DNA of 64,000 nt from Mizuhopecten yessoensis (lineage: Eukaryota). The notes below the pieces were generated by a model. The model had not been told where the DNA came from, ran no database searches, and worked only from the letters and a program-made list of their open reading frames with translations. A program made the position numbers and the translations under genes. The DNA lies in NCBI RefSeq assembly GCF_002113885.1, contig NW_018408787.1, positions 247,185-311,184 on the forward strand, read 5' to 3'. How positions within the stretch are numbered: position 1 is the stretch's first letter; each line of letters starts with the position of its first letter. Of the stretch, positions 15,001-27,214 are shown one piece after another.

Positions 15001-18000
15001 CTAAACAGCCCCATACACGAACTAAACAGTCCCATACACGTACTAAACAGCCCCCACACACGTACTAAACAGCCCCCATACACGTACTAACCAGTCCCAT
15101 ACACGTACTAAACAGCCCCCATACACGCACTAAACAGCCCCCATACACGTACTAAACAGCCCCAATACACGTACTAAACAGCCCCATACACGTACTAAAC
15201 AGCCCCATACACGAACTAAACAGTCCCATACACGTACTAAACAGCCCCCATACCCGTACTAAACAGTCCCATACACGTACTAAACAGCCCCCATACCCGT
15301 ACTAAACAGCCCCATACACGTACTAAACAGGCCCATACACGTACTAAACAGCCCCCATACACGTACTAACCAGTCCCATACACGTACTAAACAGCCCCCA
15401 TACACGTCCTAAACAGCCCCCATACACGTACTAAACAGCCCCCATACACGTACTAAACAGCCCCATACACGTACTAATCAGCCCCCTGTCTGCTTAATAA
15501 ACCCACTTGGAATACATAGAAACGCATTGCTTATTTTATATTTTGTCTGACGTTGTTTGTGAAAAAGTATATTAGTTCGTAAAAATCATTAGCCAATATA
15601 AATTTACCGTTAAAATACATTTCATTATTTATGTAGCAATATTTGATTCTCATTATTTAGGATTATACTGTAAGCAAACGATTTTTCCCTTACTCCAATT
15701 CAATAGATTTGGACTGTTAAGATTTATGTTAATATAAATATAATATCTACCAGTAAATATTTGATATCAATTAACTTTATACGGATAAACAAATGTCAAT
15801 ATAATATATATCAAACCACTGTCTTTCATTGCAATATATATCAAAACGTTGTATGTTAATACAATGTATACCAAAACATTGTCTACGAATACAATATATA
15901 CAAATACACTGGCTACCAATACAATATATACCAAAACACTGGGTACCAATACAATATATACCAAAACACTGGCTACCAATAACATTTATATGCCAAAACA
16001 CTGGCTACCAATACAATGGATATATCATGACATTGGCTATCAAAACAATATATACCAAAACACTGGCTAACAATACAATATATATATCATGACAATGGCT
16101 ATCAATACAATATATACCAAAACACTGGCTACCAATACAATGGATATATCATGACAATGGCTATCAATACAATATCTACCAAAACACTGGCTAACAATAC
16201 AATATATACCAAAACACTGGCTACCAATACATTATATACCAAAACACTGGCTACCTATACAATATATACCAAAACACTGGCTACCAATAACATTTATATG
16301 CCAAAACACTGGCTACCAATACAATGGATATATCATGACATTGGCTATCAATACAATATACCAAAACGCTGGCTATATAATGTATATATCATGACACTGA
16401 CGATCAATACACTATATACAGTATACGAGTCGACCGAATACCAATACACTGGCTATCCATAAACTGAATGCTTATACACTGGAAATTAATACACTGAGAA
16501 TGATACAATGATAATCAATACACCTGTTAAATACACTGGACATACATTCACTGAAAATCATTACATTTGGAATAAAAACACTAAATACTAATGCGCAAAC
16601 CTTGTGTTCTGTAGGTGTGAAGGGTGACAAGGGGGAACCAGGAAAGTCGGTAAGTCTGCTATCAACATTGTCTCAGATTATCACTAAGATGTTTGTTGAC
16701 AAGTCGTTATTTACCACAGAAAAGAGTAATATTCAGATTTAACGATTACGAATCACACACTGATGTATAATCACCAAAACCATAGTAACACAGAGAATGG
16801 AACAACGTATTTGAACAATTTATATGTAAATGCAGATTGAAAATATAATTTTATGAATGACACACTCATTAAACAGCTTTTTGGAACATACATAAACAAA
16901 AGGTATTAAAAACTATTATATACTTCAACTAGTATTCCATGTTCACCTCGTCAGAATTACCTCCAGCACCAAGATTACGACCGACCTCGTAGACTGATAG
17001 TCTACCAGCAGTGTCTATTTAGTCACCTGTATGCGTAAGATAATCATTAGAAATATGAAGAAAATATCAACTTTATTTATTTTACAACAATTATGAAACA
17101 AGTTATTTCAACTTATATTAATCACTCTTGGTGGCCCGGGTGTTAGCGCGTGGGAGGTCTTAGTGTGGGAGGAAACCGGAATACCCGGAGAAAACCCACT
17201 TTGTCGGGCAGGTGACCCCAACCTTTTCACGTCCGATCGGGGAATCGAACCCCGGCCGCCTTAGTGAAAGGCAAGTGCGCTATCCATTGCACCACTCGAC
17301 CACCCTTCAAATATGAAGAACGGAAGCACCTATCAGTCAGGAAGTTAAACATAGAAAACAACCTATTTGTCAATACACTTACATTGTAGATGAAGTTATT
17401 AAGACACACACTCAGATATTATTAAACTCAATCAGAAACATCTACATATTATCAGAAATTCAAACTGATATTTCCATAACACAATAGCATTGTCAATGTT
17501 CTTTTGACTTTCTAAGGTGACGACTTTTGCTGCCCATTTTATTCCCGAGAGACCTCATCGAATACCCAAAAGTGTAGACTCAGGTAGGTGGACACTATTC
17601 AGCAGTTAGTAGGGGGTTTATGTGTTGGACACCTATACTGTAGCGTGCGTTACCTCATGGGTACCTATCTCCTGCTTGCACTTTTGTTAAAAGCATAAGC
17701 TGTTAAATGGAAAACGTTGATATACACTTTTTAAACGAAGAAAAAGATAAAAATGAAACCTTAACGTAAACACATAAAAAAGAACGGAACTCAAGGTTGA
17801 CCGGGAAGGATAAGAATATGGATAAAAGTGACGCCGAAACAAAAGGAAAGCAATTATTAACACTCACAAAACAATGAAAAAAAACCCCAAAAAAACTAAA
17901 CAACTGCAGGAAGTAACCGGCCCAGTTATTTTCTATGAAGCTTACGATACCAAGAAGAAGCAAAAACCCTCCTGGGTAGTAAATACCTTATATGTCAGTA

Positions 18001-21000
18001 CGTGCTCCCGATTACATAAGATTCTATATTTATATTGTGTATTGATAGTTAAATGGCCAAAAACTCATACCATGCTTGCAAGAAAATATGTAAAGTATTG
18101 CAAGCTTCATGGCAGTTTTAGGTGAATTTTAAATCAGATATTTTGATAATTTACAAAACTAAAAGCACAATTTGTTTGTGATGGGATTCCAAATAAATAC
18201 CCAGAGTTGGTAAGCACAACTATCTCGTGTATTTCTGTACACAAACGAATTGAATTAGATATTTTGTTTACCAGTAAGTTGATTTATCTTGATTTGACTG
18301 GGTATATATGTATATAAATGTATGCATTGAAAACGTGATATTGTGCAGCCATGTCGACGTAATGATATGCAGTCATTTGTGTTACGGTGGAGTGCAAAGT
18401 CATGCTATATCTGATAACCTGTCTGCTCTCAGTGTTTGTAAACAGCTTCCAGCTGGCGTGAAGGTCATTTTACCTTGACAGGTTATTCAATTTACAAAGT
18501 ATATATAGTGTTCAGAAGCTTCGTAAGCTATTTAACACACAAGGGTATTTTTGAATTTGTTAGGTTGAATTATTTTATTGCAGGAAGGTTTTAAATGGTA
18601 TCTTCAGAAAATAGACATGTCAAATACTGATTCTTATCCCAATGCAATAGGCTTTTACGTATTGACAGTAACCTCCCTTTATTTCATTTGAGATGTTACT
18701 GTAGTACAGTTTGGCAAACACACGTCCGTTACCAGGTATCGCAGTCCGTCAGAGCGATGTAAAACAATATACACTCCAGGGTCCGAATCCAGGTCTAGCC
18801 CTGCAAAATGAGACACATTTTCACGAAACTTTTGAGAGGAAAGATAGAAAGTTGAATTCGAGTCACATCTGAGTATTGCTTTTTACACAATACAAATTAC
18901 CTCTTGCAACTTACAATGAAAGAATATCAGAATGTTTCAGATCGATTTGAAAATGGTGTTGTATAACCGATGCTTAGGAAATGCATTGGCCTATACATTA
19001 TAATACATCCATACTGGAAATATCTTTATCAATCTGAGATATCAAGATTATTCAGTGGACGCTTTAGTATGAATATGTTAACGTTTGACTTTACTACATA
19101 TGTTTCGTTTTGTTCTGTTTGACCTTACTACACGTGTTTCGTTTTGTTCTGTTTGATATTACTGCACGTGTTTCGTCTTGTTATTGTTTGACCTTACTTC
19201 ACATGTTTCGTTTTGTTACTGTTTGACCTTACTACACGTGTTTCGTTTTGTTCTGTTTGACTTTACTGCATGTGTTTCGTTTTGTTACTGTTTGACCTGT
19301 TACTGTCTGACTTTACTACACGTGTTTCGTTTTGTTCTGTTTGACTTTACTGCACGTGTTTCGTTTTGTTACTGTTTGGCCTTACTACACGTGTTTCGTT
19401 TTGTTACTGTTTGGCCTTACTACACGTGTTTCGTTTTGTTCTGTTTGACTTTACTGCACGTGTTTCGTTTCGTTTTTTTACTGTTTGACCATGCTACACG
19501 TGTTTCGTTTTTTTACTGTTTGACCATGCTACGCGTGTTTCGTTTTGTTACTTTTTGACCTTACTACACGTGTTTCATTTTGTTACTCTCTGACCTTACT
19601 ACACGTGTTTCATTTTGTAACTGTCTGACTTTACTACACGTGTTTCGTTTTTTTACTGTTTGACCTTACTACACGTGTTTCGTTTTTTTACTGTTTGACC
19701 ACGCTACACGTGTTTCGTTTTTTTACTGTTTGACCATGCTACACGTGTTTCGATTTGTTACTGTTTGACCTTACTACGCGTGTTTCGTTTTGTTACTTTT
19801 TGACCTTTCTACACGTGTTTCATTTTGTTACTGTCTGATTTACTACACGTGTTTCGTTTTGTTCTGTTTGACTTTACTGCATGTGTTTCGTTTTGTTACT
19901 GTTTGACCTTACTACTCGTGTTTCATTTTGTTACTGTCTGACTTTACTACACGTGTTTCGTTTTTTTACTGTTTGACCATGCTACGCGTGTTTCGTTTTG
20001 TTCCTTTTTGACCTTACTACCCGTGTTTCATTTTGTTACTGTCTGATTTACTACACGTGTTTCGTTTTGTTCTGTTTGACTTTACTGCACGTGTTTCGTT
20101 TCGTTTTTTTACTGTTTGACCATGCTACACGTGTTTCGATTTGTTACTGTTTGACCTTACTACGCGTGTTTCGTTTTGTTACTTTTTGACCTTTCTACAC
20201 GTGTTTCATTTTGTTACTGTTTGACCTTACTACACGTGTTTCATTTTGTTACTCTCTGACCTTACTACACGTGTTTCATTTTGTAACTGTCTGACTTTAC
20301 TACACGTGTTTCGTTTTGTTCTGTTTGACCTTACTACACGTGTTTCATTTTGTAACTGTCTGACTTTACTACACGTGTTTCGTTTTGTTCTGTTTGACCT
20401 TGCTACACGTGTTTCGTTTTTTTACTGTTTGACCTTACTACACGTGTTTCGTTTTGTTACTGTTTGGCCTTCCTACACGTGTTTCGTTTTGTTCTGTTTG
20501 ACCTTACTAAACGTGTTTCGTTTTTTTACTGTTTGACCATGCTACCCGTGTTTCGTTTTGTTACTGTTTGACCTTACTACGCGTGTTTCGTTTTGTTACT
20601 GTTTGACCTTACTATGCGTGTTTCGTTTTGTTACTTTTTGACCTTACTACACGTGTTTCATTTTGTTACTGGCTGATTTACTACACGTGTTTCGTTTTTT
20701 TACTGTTTGACCATGCTACCCGTGTTTCGTTTTGTTACTGTTTGACCTTACTATGCGTGTTTCGTTTTGTTACTTTTTGCCCTTACTACACGTGTTTCAT
20801 TTTGTTACTGTCTGATTTACTACACGTGTTTCGTTTTTTTACTGTTTGACCATGCTACACGTGTTTCGTTTTGTTACTGTTTGACCTTACTATGCGTGTT
20901 TCGTTTTGTTACTTTTTGACCTTACTACACGTGTTTCGTTTTGTTACTGTTTGACCTTACTACAAGTGTTTCATTTTGTTACTGTCTGATTTACTACACG

Positions 21001-23384
21001 TGTTTCGTTTTTTTACTGTTTGACCATGCTACACGTGTTTCGTTTTGTTACTGTTTGACCTTACTACACATGTTTCATTTTGTTACTGTCTGATCTAACT
21101 ACATGTGTTTCGTTTTGTTCTGTTTGACTTTACTGCACGTGTTTCGTTTTGTTACTGTTTGACTTTACTACACATGTTTCGTTTTGTTACTATTTGAACT
21201 TACTACACATGTTTCATTTTGTTACTGTCTGACCTAACTTCACGTGTTTCGCTTTGTTCTGTTTGATATTACTGCACGTGTTTCGTTTTGTTACTGTTTG
21301 ACCTTACTACACATGTTTGGTTTTGTTACTGTTTGAACTTACTACACATGTTTCATTTTGTTACTGTCTGATCTAACTACACGTGTTTCGTTTTGTTCTG
21401 TTTGACTTTACTGCACGTGTTTCGTTTTGTTACTGTTTGACCTTACTACACGTGTTTCGTTTTGTTACTGTTTGAACTTACTACACATGTTTCATTTTGT
21501 TACTGTCTGACCTAACTTCACGTGTTTCGCTTTGTTCTGTTTGATATTACTGTACGTGTTTCGTTTTGTAACTGTTTGACCTTAATACACGTGTTTCGTT
21601 TTGTTACTGTTTGAACTTATTACACATGTTTCATTTTGTTATTGTCTGACATTACTACATGTTTTTTGTTTTGTTATTGTTTGACCTAACTACACGTGCT
21701 TCGTTTTGCTCTCTTTGACTTTACCACACGTGTTTCGTTTTGTTTCTGTTTGACCTTACTACACGTGGTTCGTTTTCAGCTCGGGCGACGTGTGAAGAGA
21801 GATGGGGTGGGCGATATTGTTACGGCTCAGACACATTTTTCAGTAAGAGTAAGTATATATAACAAGTGATTGCGGTAATAATACAATTCTTCAAACAATG
21901 CTTATTCTTTTTCCGGTTTGAGCGTTTAAAAAATTATTAATGTTTCAGGCCACATATATCTTCCACTTTTCAACTTTCACCAAGGAGGCAATGCAAACAT
22001 TACCTTTTTCAACTAAAATTGCATTTTTGAAATGGTTTGCTTGTTATTATTGACAATATATTTATTTCATTATACTTATGAATAGAAAGCATAATTGAAG
22101 ATTACAAACTTAATGCAGTAACAACCCACCATAGCTAATAAACCATTAGTACACAGGAAACCTTGGTCAGATGAAGGTGCAGTATACAAGTTTATATCAT
22201 GTTTTTACTAATTGTCAGAAACTAACCAGATCATGGAGTTTCTGTCGGATCAGTCCCTCGGCAAGTGGACAGAGTCACCATTAGATCGACTTCACGACGG
22301 CAAATTCAAAGTCAAATACGACGGCATCTACCTCGTCTATCTAAACGTATGTTAATTATGTCATTTTTTTAACGTATTACAAAGGTACGTGTATTTTCTA
22401 TTAGACTAGATATATGTATTATATAAAGATGCCACATTAAATGCAAGTACAAATAAAGTATTTTTTTCTTGATTAAATATAACCCATAATATTCGATTAC
22501 CTGTGTGATCCAGACATTTGATTTTTACCATTGCAGACACTTCTTTGAAAGTTGAACCTGTATTATTAAACATAATCTGTCTATTCAGAACGGGGAAATT
22601 AAACCCATTGGTATTATCTTCATGGTACATTCTGAATAGTCATGTAGAACCTTCATCGATTGTCGCAGACTATCAGGATCTTTAAATGAAAAACGAAAAT
22701 ACACAGTAATTTGTTTAAAAACACAAATGAAAAACAATAATCATTAATATAAAAAGTAACCCACCAGAACGTGTTTTCTTCAATAACTATGGTCTCATAC
22801 ATTCAACAAATATGCAGTCACAAAATTAAATGCAACATGATTGAGATAGCACGGTATAAATAATGAATGGAAGCAAAGAATAGATGTCAGGTATATAAAT
22901 TAGCAGAAAACCAACAGAAGATTATTCCAAGAATATATTGATTTAGTTCATTTGATTACTGAAAAAAACATTATCAACAAGATATATTTTGCACATATCA
23001 AAAGATGATAAAGTGTATTTGTAAAACAATATAAGATCTATTTAACATACGCGATTGAAATATCCTTTCTGAAATAATGATCTTGACTTTATCAACGTTT
23101 TACAGGCCCAGCTGTATGTTTATGATGTTCACTACGCTGTGGCGTTGTACATCGGCAAAATCGACTCCGACCCTGACCTCATGTGTACGGTTGCTACGGA
23201 AAAAATTTCATCCCACACAATGAATACGAAATATGATAACGCCAGGACAAAATCATGTGCGACAGTAGGTACATTCTACATGGAAGCTGGTCAACATATC
23301 TCGGTCGTCATGCAGGAACCGAACAGGGCCATACGTATCAAGGACGGCACAAATTTTGGCGCCATTTTACTGAATTCTGGCTGA
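12046..23384 (+). CDS. TNF superfamily ligand gene 2, ectodysplasin-like architecture (TM, furin site, collagen, THD; ~374 aa, 8 coding exons)
   Basis: Exons: 12046-12261 (TM); 12678-12825 (RIAR|AA, KRKKK); 13887-14069 (CPKKC + Gly-X-Y); 16615-16649 ([12 protein letters not shown]); 17517-17583 (AAHF); 21780-21848 ([10 protein letters not shown]); 22219-22346 ([16 protein letters not shown]); 23106-23384 (TNFGAILL). Frame is intact throughout. Confidence 0.92.
13011..13220. repeat. Tandem duplication, 2 x 105 bp
   Basis: TATAATTGCATTAGTGCAC...GATGAGGGTC starts at both 13011 and 13116. Confidence 0.9.
13231..13830 (-). repeat. 30-36-bp satellite array; reverse complement of the array at 15800-16470
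   Basis: Units like TATTGGTAGCTAGTGTTTTGTATACACTG(TATTG). Confidence 0.85.
14797..15486. repeat. 22-23-bp minisatellite ATACACGTACTAAACAGCCCC(C), ~30 copies
   Basis: Directly visible head-to-tail array with no spacers. Confidence 0.95.
15800..16470 (+). repeat. 30-bp satellite array (ACAATATATACCAAAACACTGGCTACCAAT)
   Basis: Directly visible; gives the [10 protein letters not shown] spurious ORFs. Confidence 0.9.
17124..17306 (-). mobile_element. tRNA-derived V-domain SINE
   Basis: On the - strand: A box TGGTGCAATGG, B box GGTTCGATTCC, then V-domain GGGTTTTCTCCGGGTATTCCGGTTTCCTCCCAC. Confidence 0.8.
19083..21779. repeat. ~35-bp minisatellite (GTTTGACCTTACTACACGTGTTTCGTTTTGTTACT), ~2.7 kb, in gene 2 intron 5
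   Basis: Directly visible. The last unit ends ...CGTTTTCAG at the exon 6 acceptor. Confidence 0.95.
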
Positions 23385-23704
23385 ACGGAATATCTTCGTC
23401 CTTCAGTGTTGATTTATTTATCTTATCATAAAATATATTTCAGTACAAATGTAAAAGTGTCATTACCTAGTGGACTATAGATTCACAGGCGTTATGACAC
23501 GGCTAGTCCAATAGTGACATGTTGACAATTAAATAAACAACCGTTGCTTCACTAGGTGGAACGCGTTGTGCTAGCGGAACACATCCGATGTGTAAAAATA
23601 AGAATCTCAATTAAAAATTCAAAGTTTATTCCTTACAGTCCTTCACGTGTTGCATTGAATGTGAATGAATAAAAGACAGTTTTGTGTTGTTCAACACGAA
23701 TGTC

Positions 23705-23882
23705 ACGAGGAATTAACGTTACGAAGTCATTACAATGTGGCCTGCAGTCATTCAACATTAATTGTCTAATGTATTGTGATAAATCTGTTAAATCATTACG
23801 AGGAATTAACGTTAAGAAGTCATTACAATGTGGCCTGCAGTCATTCAACATTAATTGTCTAATGTGTTGTGATAAATCTGTT
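23705..23882. repeat. Tandem duplication, ~2 x 93 bp, downstream of gene 2
   Basis: ACGAGGAATTAACGTTA... at 23705 and 23798. Confidence 0.9.
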
Positions 23883-24639
23883 TAAGCAATACGTATTGTA
23901 TATGTTTTACATGTAGTGTAATGTTTCCTAGATTTAAACTATTGTGTGTGGTTTAAATGTGAAAAATGAAGTTTTTATTCTTTTATTGTTAAAGATTACA
24001 CCTTATGTTATTTTTCCACACATCAAACTAAGCTGAATTTACCGTATAATTTTAATAAAGTCTCGTGTTTTATTGTTGATTCATAACAAAATGGCCTGGT
24101 ACATAATTTGTTGTGGCATTGGCGATGGGTTTTGTGTCCTCAGTTTTTATATTCATATGCTTTAGAAAAAATGTGTTGTCTTGCGGTGATGGCCAGTTAC
24201 ATTCTAACTCTTAGTATGAATGCGTTGCCGATGTGAACAGTATTGATACATTCATCCCAGTCGATGACATGTAGTTGATATTCATTACGAAACATGAACT
24301 ATCCTGTAGGTAATATTTATGTTATTATACGTGTATGTGCCTAATGTGGATTAACAGAGGTACACGTGAAAACTCTACTCGATAAATTACAGAGTAAATA
24401 GACGTCATGCATGCTATATTTATATAGAGATATACTGACTATCCAATGCGATACTCCTTAAGCTGATAAGTCAGGAAGCTGAACCACTTTCTTTATGTGT
24501 GCGATTTCACTCAATCAAATACAGATAGGTACACAATCAGTGTTAATTGAGCTTTCTCTATCAGGTCACGTGTAAGAAATTCTATTTTATTTAGTTTAAA
24601 CGTTAAGAATCACCTAGAGGATATTTTACGGTAAGAGAC

Positions 24640-25125
24640 TACTAAAGCTGAAATACATGTTGAAAACGCCCAGAGACGAGCTACCAAGATCCTACCTGGA
24701 TTTAGTAATATGACGTATACAGAGTGTGTGCAGAGATTTAATCTTCCAACCTTAAAGCACCGTCGGATGCGAGGAGACCTAATAAACGTCTTTAAGACTG
24801 TGATTTGTTTATGACCCTATCTAGTGACTGAAAGCATGTTTCAGTGGGATATTAGTAGTACAACAAGAGGGCATTTTTACAAACTTTTTAAAAACCACTG
24901 TCACCTTGATATAAGATAAAAAATCTTTACTTTCCGTGTTGTTAATATATGGAACAGTCATGCAGTTTGACATTGGTTTAGATGAGTACTTTAAACGTGA
25001 AAATATAATTTTTAATTTTAAAAACTGTTTAATTGACACTTAATGTAAATTTTGTTGTATGTACTGGTATGGATATAGTGGCTTGTAGCCTGTGTCCATA
25101 ATGTATCATATTAAATCATATTAAA
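24640..25125 (+). mobile_element. 5'-truncated CR1-type LINE 3' fragment
   Basis: Translates to VENAQRRATKILPG...LPTLKHRRMRGDLINVFK...TTRGH...RVVNIWNS (CR1 ORF2 C-terminus) and ends in a short tandem tail (TCATATTAAA)2. Confidence 0.8.
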
Positions 25126-27214
25126 ACAGGCACATCATTGTTAAACCTCTCGTGTTAACATTTACAACATCACGTTAACATCCCATTTTGCGAAAATGTC
25201 TTTATGTTTCCCTTTATCGTAATTACAAATCTCTTTCGCAAACAGCCCCTCTTCCCGGAATTTTTTCCTTTCGCTATAACTTCCTTCTCGTACAGTAGAC
25301 AGGGTATTGCACAGTCTATAATACATCGTCATTGTACATACATTATACGATGCAAATTTATACATATTAGGCGTAGCGGAACGTTAACAGTTTGCTAAAT
25401 TTGACCTCATTTTAAGACAATTTGTATAATGAAATGCTAACTTCATATTTCTGTATTCAATTACACGAACAGTAGTGTACCATTTGTACTTTACCCCCTA
25501 AACTAATATTTATGTTTTTAAAGTCGGGCGTAGAACAAATCTATATCAAGCAAAGGACCTTGGACTATAAATAGACTACTGCATTGCGGTAGTGATACTG
25601 AATTGGGGTTCAATCTTGAAGCAGGTCAAGCGTCTACACCTAAATATAATAACTTGTCATATGATTTGTTGTTACATTTAAACTCTAATGTAAGACTATC
25701 AAGCCTTGTAACAAGTGTTACTCAGGTGCACGTACATTTCTAAACAATAAAAAAAATGTAAATATTTGCAAATTCATGTCAAAATCATGATACTCTCGGA
25801 TATGCTGCTTGACCTGAATACTTTTTGGCCTGTAACTCTTCCTAAGTATATATCTGTGCAAAACGAAAACTAGTATAACAATTCTTTTTATTTTTTAACG
25901 GTTGTTATCTTCACTTGAGAACAGATACACAAAAGATAAAGATAATTTGTAGAATGTGATTGCTATATTGTGACCGGTATGACACACTCCAATACCAAAC
26001 GGAAGAAAAAAAGTAATGTTTAGGAAAATACAACGAGAGTAGGAAAATACCAACACTCAGGGTCAAAACCCAGAACCAGGAAATATTTGTGTCATATGTA
26101 ACATTACGAAATTCCAGGAAAGACGTGTGTCACATTTTGACCCCGTTATGATATCACTCGCCAAATGCAGAATGGGGTTGTATCATCTGTTGGCCCAATA
26201 AGGTGATAAAAGCATGTTTGTTTCAGTTGTAATGACAAAGAAAACAATCACTTGTTACCATAAGGTATCATTTAGCTTATAAAAACCCAATATAAATGAA
26301 TTGCCTGATAAGATATTGGCCTCAGCGATCTAAGTAATATTGAACGTACACTTCATATCACATGTATCATAATTGACAAATCCTATAGCTGGAAACAGGT
26401 CACTGATGACAACTGTAAACATAATCAGAAACTGAATAGCCAAGGATAGAAAACCATGTTTAGTTAAATTTCAGTTTTAAACAATATTACTTCATTATCA
26501 AGGTTATTTTTATTACGATGAACATATGAACAAAACTCAGAGTACATACAAGTTACCTCCAATTACCTCCCCTATCCTGAATGTACATACTTTCCTGGGA
26601 AAGATGTGATTATATCTTCGCGATACAAGAAGGTTTAAAAACAAAACGACTTTATAACAGCTTCACAAAAATCACTGAATAATTATTTTTGTAACACGAC
26701 GAAGGTATATACACCCTCATATCAATCAAGTTGTACTATTTTATTTGTATAGAAATACACTTAAATGAGGAACTATAGTAATGCAGCGTGCATACATGTC
26801 TGTACTGTTGTAACAGTCTGTGCTAATTTTCAAGTCAATACACCTGATAGGCGTTGTTTGTTATGATTTATTTCGTATGCATATGAAACGAACTACTTAT
26901 CTTTGCGATTTTTAGATTTAGTTTGCATTCGTTTTTAATATTCACGTTATATCTGTATTTTAGGTCTCGATTAACGACACACAATTGGTTGATGAATCAT
27001 AGACTGATGTTGAGGAATATATATTCCTACAAAGTCCCGCCTGTATTGAGGTCAAGCAAGTTTTTCCCCGAATCGCTCAGAATATATTGGCCCAATATAA
27101 GGGTCGGTTGTTACAGACGCGAGTAAGTTGCTGACAAGAAGGACGTCGGTACCACACGATAGTCTGTATATAGGTCATTGTGTCACTAGCCGTATGCTAT
27201 ATTATAATAACAAA

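Noticed and set aside
17220-17306. tRNA gene on the - strand
   Set aside because: The A and B boxes run directly into a SINE V-domain, so this is a SINE head.
19178-20849. Hydrophobic Cys/Phe-rich ORFs
   Set aside because: Translations of the 35-bp minisatellite; the same applies to repeat ORFs at 9815-10100, 15767-16462 and 55772-55990.
14797-21779. Regular 22-35-bp repeats resembling CRISPR arrays
   Set aside because: Head-to-tail with no unique spacers, no cas genes, and located in eukaryotic introns.
23385-24100. AU-rich elements in 3' UTRs
   Set aside because: ATTTA is expected by chance at this AT content, and there are no long overlapping clusters.
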